A DNA stretch of 64,000 nt from an uncultured Caulobacterales bacterium. GTDB lineage: Bacteria > Pseudomonadota > Alphaproteobacteria > Caulobacterales > Maricaulaceae. Positions 54,957 through 63,502 of the stretch are shown in pieces. A program made the translations under genes and the position numbers. Each line of letters starts with the position of its first letter. The stretch's first letter is position 1. The DNA is taken from the NCBI GenBank assembly GCA_964526675.1, contig CAZGLY010000009.1:5004-69003 (forward strand), in the 5' to 3' direction. Below the pieces are notes generated by a model that was not told the origin of the DNA, ran no database searches, and saw nothing but the letters and a program-made list of their open reading frames with translations.

Positions 54957-56525
54957 TCAGGCGGCGTCTTGGCGCGGCGCGCCAAGGCCGATGGATTCCA
55001 AAAATCGTTTCGCGTCGGCGCGGATTGTCGCTTTCTTCTCGGCGGTCATGCGATCCAGCGTGCCGTAGATGCGCCCGATGCGCGGGTTGGCGCGCAAGCG
55101 GTGTTCGTGGCGCATCATGAAATCCCAATAGAGATAGTTGAACGGGCAAGCCGTCGGCCCGGTTTTTGTCGCCACGCTGTAGCGGCACTCGCCGCAATAA
55201 TCCGACATCCGATCGATGTAGGCGCCAGAGGCTGCGTAAGGCTTCGAAGCCATGATCCCGCCATCGGCGAAGATCGCCATGCCATGGGTGTTCGGCAGCT
55301 CCGCCCATTCATAAGCGTCGGCGTAAACGGCCATGTACCAATCGTTGACCGCCTCCGGCGCCACGCCGGCCAAAAGCGCAAAATTGCCCGTCACCATCAG
55401 CCGTTGGATGTGGTGGGCGTAGGCGTGGCGTTTGGTCTGGCCGATCGCGTCCGCAAGGCAGGCCATCTCAGTGTCGCCGGTCCAGTAGAAGTCCGGCAGC
55501 GGCCGATCCGCCTCCAGATAGTTGAGCGCTTTGTACGCCGGCATTTTGAGCCAATAGATCCCGCGCACGTACTCGCGCCAACCGAGGATCTGGCGAATGA
55601 ACCCCTCGACGGCGTTCAGCGGCGCGTCGCCCGCTTCAAAGGCCGCTTCCGCCGCGCGGCAGACCGCCAGCGGGTCGAGCAACCCGACATTGAGATAGAG
55701 ACTGATCAGGCTGTGGCTCAGGAACGGCTCGTCCGTGGCCATCGCGTCCTGGTAGTCGCCGAAGGTGGGCAAACAGTCGGCGACGAAGTGGTCCAGCGCG
55801 GCCTCGGCGTCCGCTTGGGTCACGCCCCAATCAAAGCCGTCCAGATCGCCGAAATGATCGCCGAAGCGCGCCGCCACGAGGTCCACAACCTCTTGGGTCG
55901 TCGCGTCGGGCTCAAACCGCACGCGCTGTGGCGGCGTGTAGAGCATGTCGATGGCTTTGCGGTTGTCGGCGTCATAGTTCCACTGGCCGCCGACGGGCGC
56001 GTCACCCTCCATCAAGAGGCCGGTGTCGCGCCGCATGTCGCGGTAGAAATACTCCATGCGCAGCTGCTTGCGGCCCTCGGCCCAGCGGGCGAACGCGGCG
56101 CGCGAACAGACAAACCGATCATCCGACCGGATCTCCACGGGCGCGCCGAGGCTCTCGCCCCACCCCGCCATCGCTTCCGCCAACCGCCACTCGCCAGGCT
56201 CGGTGACGACCACGCGCTGAAACGGCCCCGCCTCGACCCAGGCGCGCCGCACCTCCCCGAAGAGATCGCCGGCGTTCTGCGGATCATCCAGACGCACATA
56301 GCGGACGGCGCGCCCGGCGGCCGCCTGTTCATCCGCGAAGTGGCGCATGGCGGCGAACACGAAGGCGAGTTTCTTCTTGTGATGGCCCACATAGGTGGCT
56401 TCGGCGTTCACCTCCGCCATCAGCAGCACGTCGCCGTCACGCCAGTCCGCCAGCGACGCCACGCCGGAGCTGAGCTGATCGCCCAAAACCAGGCGCAGCG
56501 CGCGATCGGCCGATGCGGCGGTCAT
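54957..56525 (-). CDS. Fe-S cluster-containing cryptochrome/photolyase family protein (FeS-BCP / (6-4)-photolyase-like)
   Basis: Internal ATG 56525..56523. It has the typical start LRLVLGDQL and HHKKKLAFVFAAMRHF. The four-Cys pattern is MACLADA ... YCGECRYSVATKTGPTACPF (C-x2-C-x12-C), matching the [4Fe-4S] ligands of PhrB/CryB-type proteins. Confidence 0.85.
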   Translation of the reverse strand: MTAASADRALRLVLGDQLSSGVASLADWRDGDVLLMAEVNAEATYVGHHKKKLAFVFAAMRHFADEQAAAGRAVRYVRLDDPQNAGDLFGEVRRAWVEAGPFQRVVVTEPGEWRLAEAMAGWGESLGAPVEIRSDDRFVCSRAAFARWAEGRKQLRMEYFYRDMRRDTGLLMEGDAPVGGQWNYDADNRKAIDMLYTPPQRVRFEPDATTQEVVDLVAARFGDHFGDLDGFDWGVTQADAEAALDHFVADCLPTFGDYQDAMATDEPFLSHSLISLYLNVGLLDPLAVCRAAEAAFEAGDAPLNAVEGFIRQILGWREYVRGIYWLKMPAYKALNYLEADRPLPDFYWTGDTEMACLADAIGQTKRHAYAHHIQRLMVTGNFALLAGVAPEAVNDWYMAVYADAYEWAELPNTHGMAIFADGGIMASKPYAASGAYIDRMSDYCGECRYSVATKTGPTACPFNYLYWDFMMRHEHRLRANPRIGRIYGTLDRMTAEKKATIRADAKRFLESIGLGAPRQDAA

Positions 56526-56526
56526 G

Positions 56527-57204
56527 TTAGGGCGCGTCCTGCGCGCTGACGGGCTCCGCCAACACGTACTCAATGTCGGAGCCGCGGGCGACGAACGCGC
56601 ATTTCACCCAATGGCCCTCGTCATCGTACCAGAGGTCCAAGGTCAGGGCGGCCTCCAGCCGGTAGTGCTCGGCCTCAATGGGGCGGCCGGCGGCCTGGAT
56701 CGTCTCGCGCCCCAAGGGCGTGACCGTGATGGGCATGAGCTCGCCGGTTTCGCTGTTCAACGCGACCGGATCATCCAACACTTCCGGGTTCCACCAGGTC
56801 GAGGCGATCACCTCCGCCGGCGCGGCGCCTTGGTAATCGCGCCCGTCGATTGTGACGGCCCCGTCGCCCTGACGGCTGGCCTCGAGCCGGAAGGTGTCGC
56901 CGTCCTTCAACGTCTCCGCGGACAAGCTCAGCAGCCGCCCCTCGCGCCACACTTCACGAACGTCGTGGCGATAGCGAAACGGCGTGAACGGACCGACCTT
57001 CACCTGCAGATCGACGTCCACCGTCACCACGAGGGCGTCATCGACCTCATCGAAGGTCAAGATGTGGGAGCCAAGCGGTTTGCCATTGCGCAACACATCG
57101 AACGCGATCCGCCCGGTGTCCGGCGGCGTGGCCGCCGCGCTCGCCGCGCCCGCCAAGGCCGCAGCCGCGGCGGCGATCCAGCGACCAAAACACGTCGCAT
57201 CCAT
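56527..57204 (-). CDS. periplasmic hypothetical protein (beta-rich; possibly DUF6134-like)
   Basis: 225-aa ORF preceded by GGAAGGAGAG, with a signal peptide (WIAAAAAALAGAASAAA). Its stop is 1 nt from the photolyase ATG (TAACATG). The family name is tentative. Confidence 0.6.
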   Translation of the reverse strand: MDATCFGRWIAAAAAALAGAASAAATPPDTGRIAFDVLRNGKPLGSHILTFDEVDDALVVTVDVDLQVKVGPFTPFRYRHDVREVWREGRLLSLSAETLKDGDTFRLEASRQGDGAVTIDGRDYQGAAPAEVIASTWWNPEVLDDPVALNSETGELMPITVTPLGRETIQAAGRPIEAEHYRLEAALTLDLWYDDEGHWVKCAFVARGSDIEYVLAEPVSAQDAP

Positions 57205-57296
57205 AAGCTTCTCTCCTTCCCGAGACGGCGTTCATAGCCGTTGGGTGGTGTTCAGCGCATCGGCTGTCGGATTGATCGCCACGCGCGCCCATCCCT

Positions 57297-57323
57297 CTAC
57301 GCCACCCCCGCCTTGGGGGATCA
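57297..57323 (-). promoter_or_regulatory. ECF sigma-E-type promoter-like motif TGATCC-N16-CGTAG upstream of periplasmic-protein/photolyase/SDR genes
   Basis: The minus strand reads TGATCC (57323..57318), then a 16-nt spacer, then CGTAG (57301..57297). It lies in the 147-nt gap between chrR and the next gene. Confidence 0.55.
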
Positions 57324-57351
57324 CCGCGCCGGCGAGCGACCGGCGCGCGGG

Positions 57352-57993
57352 CTAGCGCAAGAAGTAGCGCAAGAACTCGCGCACGGGATTGCGCACCGCC
57401 ACGCCGCCTTCCATGACAGTCAAGCAATAACAATCCTCGCCGGGGTGGACCCGCGGCTGATGCTCGATTTGACTGTCGGCGACGGTGATGTCGCCGGCGG
57501 TGTAGGATCCTGTCTCGTCGTCATAGCCGCCGCGGAGGATCAACGTCGTCTCGCGCCCATGATGACCATGCGGCAGCATGGTGCGTCCCGCGCCGAAGCG
57601 GATCAGCTTCACCGTCTCCGTCGCGCTCGACACCGCGTCCAGCCGGTGCTCGGCCATGCCCGGCATGACGGTGCGCCAGGACGCCGCCTCGACCGGATGA
57701 CCCAGCAAACGCTCCAGCGGACCAAAGCGGCTCGCCCCCGGTGCGGCGGCGGCGTCACGCGCGTTGGTCGCGTCGTCGGGCTGTTCGTCCAACGCCGCGA
57801 GCGTGCGCGCGAGAGCGTCCGGCGAGAGCGGCGAGCCTGGAGCCTGCTCCAGCAGCGCCGCGCCCGCGCGCTCCCAGTCCGCAACACGCGCGCGCGCGCC
57901 GCCCTGCATGCTCAGCTGGGTGGCTGTCAGCAGCGCAAGGCCGTCCGACAACGCGCCGGCGGCGTAATCAAAATACAATTCATCACGCATCAC
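57352..57993 (-). CDS. chrR: ChrR-family anti-sigma-E-like protein (cupin C-terminal domain), ZAS ligands absent
   Basis: 213-aa ORF (GTG 57993 or ATG 57990). The N-terminus YFDYAAGALSDGLALLTATQLSMQGGARARV is colinear with the ChrR anti-sigma domain. The C-terminal cupin has HGHHGRE...EH metal ligands. Confidence 0.8.
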   Translation of the reverse strand: MMRDELYFDYAAGALSDGLALLTATQLSMQGGARARVADWERAGAALLEQAPGSPLSPDALARTLAALDEQPDDATNARDAAAAPGASRFGPLERLLGHPVEAASWRTVMPGMAEHRLDAVSSATETVKLIRFGAGRTMLPHGHHGRETTLILRGGYDDETGSYTAGDITVADSQIEHQPRVHPGEDCYCLTVMEGGVAVRNPVREFLRYFLR

Positions 57994-58028
57994 GCCCGAA
58001 ACCCCGAAACTTGGTCGTTGCGTTCATG

Positions 58029-58055
58029 GTACGCGGAGCGCTGACAGTCGGATCA
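58029..58055 (-). promoter_or_regulatory. ECF sigma-E-type promoter-like motif TGATCC-N16-CGTAC upstream of chrR
   Basis: The minus strand reads TGATCC (58055..58050), then a 16-nt spacer, then CGTAC (58033..58029). The motif lies about 36 nt upstream of the chrR start. Confidence 0.6.
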
Positions 58056-58191
58056 CTGGCCGTCGAGGAGAACGCGCGATCTTTTGACACGGGCGCGCGT
58101 CAGGCGCGCATGACAGTTTTGAAGCCGTGGGAAAACGGCGCTAGGCTCGCGCCGCGTTCGGCGCTGCGCGCCGCCACACGAGGCGTCTTCC

Positions 58192-59220
58192 ATGGCGGTG
58201 GAATCTCTGTCCCCGGCTGTCCACGCGGCTCCCTCCGTGATTGATCTCATTGGCGACACGCCGCTGTTGCGTCTGAAGGCGGCGTCCGACGCGACGGGCT
58301 GCGAGATCCTCGGCAAGTGTGAGTTCCTCAATCCTGGCCAGTCGGTGAAAGACCGTGCCGCGCTGGGCATCATTCGCGACGCGGAGGCGAAGGGTCTGCT
58401 GCAGCCGGGCGGCGAAGTCGTGGAAGGCACGGCCGGGAACACCGGCATCGGCCTGGCTGTGGTCGGCAACGCGCTGGGCTACAAAACGACCATCGTTTTC
58501 CCGCGCACCCAGAGCCAGGAGAAGAAGGACGCCATCCGCCTGCTCGGCGCGGAGTTGGTGGAGGTCGACGCCGTCCCCTATTCCGACCAACGCCATTACG
58601 TGCACACGTCCCGTCGCCTGGCGGAGGAGCGCGCGGCGAGCAACCCCAAGGGCGCGATCTGGGCGAATCAGTTCGACAACATCGCCAACCGCGACGCCCA
58701 CGCGCGCACGACGGGCCCGGAGATCTGGCGCCAGACCGAGGGCAAAGTGGACGGGTTCATCTGCGCTGTGGGCTCCGGCGGGACGCTGGCCGGCGTCGGT
58801 CTCGCGTTGAAGGAGAAGAACCCCAACGTCCAGATCGGCCTGGCCGACCCCATGGGGGCGAAGCTCTTCCATTGGTACGCCCACGGCGAGCTGAAGGCGG
58901 AAGGCTCCTCCATCACGGAAGGGATCGGCCAAGGGCGCGTCACAGCAAACCTCGACGGCCTCACGATCGACCACCCGTTCATGATCCCTGACGCGGAAGC
59001 GCTGGAAATCCTGTACGGCTTGGTGATGGACGAGGGGCTGTGCCTGGGCGGGTCCGCAGGCATCAACATCGCCGGCGCGGTGCGGTTGGCCAAAGAATTG
59101 GGGCCCGGCAAAACCATCGTGACCATCCTCTGCGACTACGGCCAGCGCTATCAGTCGAAACTGTTCAACCCGACATTCCTGCGCTCAAAGGGACTGCCGA
59201 CCCCACCCTGGCTGAGCTGA
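58192..59220 (+). CDS. cysK: cysteine synthase A-like PLP enzyme
   Basis: 342-aa ORF with IGDTPLLRL, the PLP-lysine motif NPGQSVKDRAAL and GTAGNTGIG. Confidence 0.85.
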   Translation: MAVESLSPAVHAAPSVIDLIGDTPLLRLKAASDATGCEILGKCEFLNPGQSVKDRAALGIIRDAEAKGLLQPGGEVVEGTAGNTGIGLAVVGNALGYKTTIVFPRTQSQEKKDAIRLLGAELVEVDAVPYSDQRHYVHTSRRLAEERAASNPKGAIWANQFDNIANRDAHARTTGPEIWRQTEGKVDGFICAVGSGGTLAGVGLALKEKNPNVQIGLADPMGAKLFHWYAHGELKAEGSSITEGIGQGRVTANLDGLTIDHPFMIPDAEALEILYGLVMDEGLCLGGSAGINIAGAVRLAKELGPGKTIVTILCDYGQRYQSKLFNPTFLRSKGLPTPPWLS

Positions 59221-59237
59221 CGGCGGGAGACTTGGTC

Positions 59238-60110
59238 ATGACGGATCCGATCGTCAGCGTGGCTGATCTGGCGGCGGCGCTGGCGGGCCCGAACCCGCCG
59301 CGCCTGATCGACGCCACCTGGACCTTCGCCGGCGGCCCGGCCGTCGCGATGGAGGGCTCCATCGCCGGGGCGGTGCGGTTTGATATCGAGGCGTTGAGCG
59401 CGTCGAACGATCCGCGCCCGCACATGCTGCCGGCGCCGGACGCGTTTGCGGCGGCGCTGGCGCCCCTTGGGCTGCATCCGGACGCGCCCGTGGTCGTCTA
59501 TGACCGCATCGGGGTGTTCTCGGCGCCGCGGGCCTGGTGGATGCTGCGCGCCATCGGCTTTGAGGATGTGCGGGTGCTGGATGGCGGCCTGCCGGCGTGG
59601 GCGGCGGCCGGACGCCCGGTGTCCCCAGATCCTGCGGCGGAAGCGGCTCCCGCCCCGGCGGCTGCGTTCGCGCCGCGCCCGCGACCTGAACTCCTGATCG
59701 ACGCGGAGCGCATCGCCGCGGCTCTGGAGGCGGGCGACACGGGGTTGCAGCTCCTCGACGCGCGGGGTCCGGGGCGTTTCCGCGGGGATGAAGACGAGCC
59801 CCGTCCCGGCATGCGCGCGGGCCACATCCCCGGCGCGCGCAACACGCCTTACCGATCGTTTCTCGACGACGACGGGGCGGTGAAGTCCCCCGACGCCCTG
59901 CGCGCCATGTTGGCGGAGGCCGGGGTCGACCTCGCCACGGCCCGGCTGGCCACCAGCTGCGGCTCCGGCGTGACCGCCTCCCTCGCCGCCCTGGGCCTCG
60001 CGCGGGTCGGGCGCTGGGACGCGGCGGTCTATGACGGGTCCTGGGCCGAATGGGGCGGACGCGCCGACTTGCCGCTCGAGACGGGCCCGGCCAAGCCGCC
60101 CGCCCCATGA
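59238..60110 (+). CDS. sseA: 3-mercaptopyruvate sulfurtransferase (tandem rhodanese)
   Basis: ATG 59238 in ORF 59040..60110. It has two rhodanese halves, an active-site loop CGSGVTAS and GHIPGARN. Confidence 0.88.
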   Translation: MTDPIVSVADLAAALAGPNPPRLIDATWTFAGGPAVAMEGSIAGAVRFDIEALSASNDPRPHMLPAPDAFAAALAPLGLHPDAPVVVYDRIGVFSAPRAWWMLRAIGFEDVRVLDGGLPAWAAAGRPVSPDPAAEAAPAPAAAFAPRPRPELLIDAERIAAALEAGDTGLQLLDARGPGRFRGDEDEPRPGMRAGHIPGARNTPYRSFLDDDGAVKSPDALRAMLAEAGVDLATARLATSCGSGVTASLAALGLARVGRWDAAVYDGSWAEWGGRADLPLETGPAKPPAP

Positions 60111-61264
60111 GCGAGGACCGTCCCGCGTTTCGTCCGCAATCGCCCAACCTGGCCTGGGGCGACACCGTCAACCCGCCGGTCGAACGGGCCTCCACACGGC
60201 TGATGGCGCGCGCGGCGGATCTTTATCGGGGTGAAGGCGCGGCCAGCTATGGGCGTCATGGCCATCGGGTCCACCAGACGCTGCGCGCCGCGTTCACGGA
60301 CCTCGAAGGCGGCGCGGACTGCGCGCTCACGCCGTCGGGCGTCGCCGCGATGACGGCGGCGATGATGGCCGTCTGCGACGCTGGCGATCACCTGCTGGTC
60401 AGCGACAGCGTCTACGGCCCGACCCGCCGCACCGCCTTTCGGACCCTGAAACGCTTTGGCGTGGAGGCGGAGGCCTATGACCCGCGCATCGGCGCCGACA
60501 TCGCCACCTTGATGCGCGACACCACCGCGGCGGTGGTTCTGGAAAGCCCCGGCTCCCTCACCTTCGAGGTGCAAGACACGCCGGCCATCGCGAACGTGGC
60601 CGCCGCCCGCGGCGTGACGACGATCCTCGACAACACCTGGTCCGGCGGCGTGTTCCTCAAGCCGCTGTCGCTCGGCGTGGACATCAGCGTCAACGCGGCG
60701 ACCAAGTATCCGTCCGGCGCGTCGGACGTGTTCATGGGCGCGGTCGTCAGCCGCACGCGCGAAACCGCCGCGAAGGTCGGCGCGTTTGTGCGTGAGGCGG
60801 GGCTCTCCACATCGCCGGACGACGCCTATCTGGTGCTGCGCGGCATGCGGACGCTCGCGTTGCGTATGGAACGGCACGACGCCACCGCGCGGGCTCTCGC
60901 TGAGTGGCTGAGCAGACGGCCCGACGTCGCGCGCGTCGTCCATCCGGCGTTCGCCAATCACCCGGATCACGCCCTTTGGACGCGGGATTTCACCGGCGCC
61001 GGCGGTCTCTTCGGCGTTGTGCTGAAGCCGGCCCCGAAACCGGCGGTGCTCGCCTTCCTCGACGCGCTGAGCGTGTTCGGCCTCGGCTTTTCGTATGGCG
61101 GGTTTGAGAGCCTCGCGATCCATTGCGATCCGCAGCTTCTGCGCCAAGCGAGCGAACCGGCGCTTGAGGGTCCGCTCATCCGGCTCGCGGTTGGGCTGGA
61201 CCCGCTGGAGGCGCTGACGGCGGATCTGGACCGCGGTTTCGCCGCCCTCCACGCCGCGGCCTAA
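60107..61264 (+). CDS. metC: cystathionine beta-lyase
   Basis: ATG 60107 overlaps the sseA stop (ATGA). It is a Cys/Met-metabolism PLP enzyme with the PLP-lysine region NAATKYPSGASDV. Confidence 0.88.
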   Translation: MSEDRPAFRPQSPNLAWGDTVNPPVERASTRLMARAADLYRGEGAASYGRHGHRVHQTLRAAFTDLEGGADCALTPSGVAAMTAAMMAVCDAGDHLLVSDSVYGPTRRTAFRTLKRFGVEAEAYDPRIGADIATLMRDTTAAVVLESPGSLTFEVQDTPAIANVAAARGVTTILDNTWSGGVFLKPLSLGVDISVNAATKYPSGASDVFMGAVVSRTRETAAKVGAFVREAGLSTSPDDAYLVLRGMRTLALRMERHDATARALAEWLSRRPDVARVVHPAFANHPDHALWTRDFTGAGGLFGVVLKPAPKPAVLAFLDALSVFGLGFSYGGFESLAIHCDPQLLRQASEPALEGPLIRLAVGLDPLEALTADLDRGFAALHAAA

Positions 61265-61500
61265 GGCGTCGGGATCACGCCGGACGCCACGATCGCGAAC
61301 ACAATCACCCACACGCCGGCGCTGACCGCGGATGTGAGCGCCACTTTGCGCCTAAGGTCCGGACGCGCCGGCGCGCCGGGTTCGGAGCCGGGCGCGACGT
61401 CGCCGTCCTCAAGCTGGCTGCGCACGCCGAGCGGCAGGACCGCAAAAAACACGGTCCACCAAATGATCACATAGGTCACCACGCCCGTGACCGGTCCCAT
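61261..61500 (-). CDS. DUF1467 family small membrane protein
   Basis: Internal ATG 61500 gives MGPVTGVVTYVIIWWTVFFAVLPLGVRSQ...GAP, typical of DUF1467. Confidence 0.7.
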   Translation of the reverse strand: MGPVTGVVTYVIIWWTVFFAVLPLGVRSQLEDGDVAPGSEPGAPARPDLRRKVALTSAVSAGVWVIVFAIVASGVIPTP

Positions 61501-61528
61501 GCGTCCCCTCCATCCTCCGGCGGCGCCG

Positions 61529-61963
61529 TCAGAGCTGGGCGACGCGCATCGCTTCGGGCCAGAACTGATCATTGGCGGACAACAGCATCAACGCGCCGTG
61601 GGGCACGAACAACACGCCCACCAAAAGACCGCGCCGCCACGCCTTTTGCGACACGGCGATGTAGAGCGCCACAATCAGCACGATCGACGCCAACGTGATG
61701 AACACCAGCAAGTCCGACTGGAGCGCGCCGACGCCGCGCAACGCCACGCCGGCGGACGCCACCGCCACCATGCCGATGTAGGTCAGCAGCAGCGTCAAGC
61801 TCGCCCGCAACTTAAAGGGTTTGGGGAACACGCTGAGCAACAGATGAAGGCCCAACCCCGTCCAGAGGATCACGGCCAGCACCTCGGCCCCCTCTTGGGA
61901 CGACCAGGCACGCCACGCATAACCCCATGGAAACACAAGAAAATCCAACACTGTCGCCATCAC
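61529..61963 (-). CDS. hypothetical 4-helix membrane protein
   Basis: 144-aa ORF that is hydrophobic throughout. No recognised motif. Confidence 0.4.
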   Translation of the reverse strand: MMATVLDFLVFPWGYAWRAWSSQEGAEVLAVILWTGLGLHLLLSVFPKPFKLRASLTLLLTYIGMVAVASAGVALRGVGALQSDLLVFITLASIVLIVALYIAVSQKAWRRGLLVGVLFVPHGALMLLSANDQFWPEAMRVAQL

Positions 61964-62167
61964 CGCCCCATCTGCCCGTGCGCGCGCGGACTGGGCGTCC
62001 CGACCATCCGTGTGGAGCGGGACGACTCATACCGCGTGCGCTGTGTTTTGTGGGATGAGTGCAACCAAAGATTAAACACGACGCCAGATCCGCGCGGGTT
62101 CGGCCGGTGAAGAACCCCGGTCGCCCGGTCTCGCCGTCCACGCTGCGGGCGGACGGGGCTTTGCGCG

Positions 62168-63046
62168 TCAATCCGTCGCGGGCCGATCGGCCGCGAGGCT
62201 GGCGAAGTCGAACAGCGTCGGATCGGCCAAGTGCGAGGGCCGTGCGTGCATCAGAGCCCGGAACATCACCTGGCGGCGGCCCGGGCTCTTCGTCTCCCAC
62301 TCATCGAGCAGAGCCTTCATCGCCATGCGCTGCAGCCCGTCTTGGGAGCCGCAGAGCGTGCACGGGATAATCGGGAAGGCCATGAGGTCGGCGAACTTCG
62401 CCAGATCCGCCTCCGCGCAAAACAAAAGCGGGCGTACGACGAGGACGTCGCCCTCATCGTTGACGAGCTTGGGCGGCATCGCCGCCAGCCGCCCGCCATG
62501 GAAGAGGTTCATCATGAACGTCTCCAGCGCGTCGTCGCGGTGGTGGCCGAGCACGATGGCGTCGCACCCTTCCTCGCGCGCGACGCGGTAGAGGATCCCC
62601 CGCCGCAAGCGCGAGCAGAGGGCGCAATAGGTGCGGCTTTCCGGCACTTTGTCGGTCACGATGGAATACGTGTCTTCGGTGATGATGCGATGGGGAACGC
62701 CGAGCCCCGTGAGGTAGTCGGGCAAGACGTGTTTGGGAAACCCGGGCTGGCCCTGGTCGAGATTGCACGCCAGAAGCTCCACCGGCAGCGCGCCCTGATA
62801 GTGCAGGTCGAGCAGCGCGGCGAGCAGCCCGTAACTGTCCTTCCCGCCGGACAGGCAGACCAGCCATTTTGGCCGGCGTCCATCCGCACGCGGCGTGATC
62901 AGGCCGTATGTCTGGATCACCTCAAGGGTCTGGCGGACGATGCGCTTGCGCAGCTTCTTGAAGGTCACCGAGGAGGGCGCGCCGCGATAGATGGGGTGGG
63001 CGTGCTCCGTGATGACGTCGCCGTCGCCACCCGCCGGGTCAGCCAT
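62168..63046 (-). CDS. ttcA: tRNA 2-thiocytidine(32) synthetase
   Basis: 292-aa ORF with the PP-loop CLSGGKDS and the Cys motifs [10 protein letters not shown] and CTLCGSQ. Confidence 0.9.
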   Translation of the reverse strand: MADPAGGDGDVITEHAHPIYRGAPSSVTFKKLRKRIVRQTLEVIQTYGLITPRADGRRPKWLVCLSGGKDSYGLLAALLDLHYQGALPVELLACNLDQGQPGFPKHVLPDYLTGLGVPHRIITEDTYSIVTDKVPESRTYCALCSRLRRGILYRVAREEGCDAIVLGHHRDDALETFMMNLFHGGRLAAMPPKLVNDEGDVLVVRPLLFCAEADLAKFADLMAFPIIPCTLCGSQDGLQRMAMKALLDEWETKSPGRRQVMFRALMHARPSHLADPTLFDFASLAADRPATD

Positions 63047-63455
63047 GCGCCGGCGGCTCCATCAGCTCCAGAAGGACGCCGGTGAAGTCCTTCGGGTGGA
63101 CAAACACCACCAGCGTGCCGTGGGCCCCAATACGCGGCTCGTTCAAGATGCGCGCGTCCTGCGCCTGCATGTGCGCCATGGCCGCGTGGATGTCTGGCAC
63201 TTCGAAAGCGATGTGGTGCTGGCCGCCGGCGGGGTTCTTTTCCAGGAACTTCGCGATCGGCCCCTGCCCGTTGAGCGGCTCCAGCAGCTCGATCTCGGCG
63301 TTCGGCGCGTGGACAAAGCGCACCCGCACATGCTGCGCCTCCAACTCGATGACGTCAGAGACCGGCGTGTCCGCGCCAAACAGGGCGCGGTAGCGCGCCA
63401 CGCCCGCGTCGAGCGTCGGCACCGCCACGCCCACATGATTCAACCGCCCAAGCAT
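63039..63455 (-). CDS. mce: methylmalonyl-CoA epimerase (VOC family)
   Basis: 138-aa ORF reading LNHVGVAV...IELLEPL....[10 protein letters not shown]...GVLLEL. It overlaps the ttcA start by 8 nt. Confidence 0.85.
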   Translation of the reverse strand: MLGRLNHVGVAVPTLDAGVARYRALFGADTPVSDVIELEAQHVRVRFVHAPNAEIELLEPLNGQGPIAKFLEKNPAGGQHHIAFEVPDIHAAMAHMQAQDARILNEPRIGAHGTLVVFVHPKDFTGVLLELMEPPAHG

Positions 63456-63502
63456 GGGCTCGTTCTACCTCGCGCGGCCCCGTTCGACCAGGCGCGACCG
63501 CG

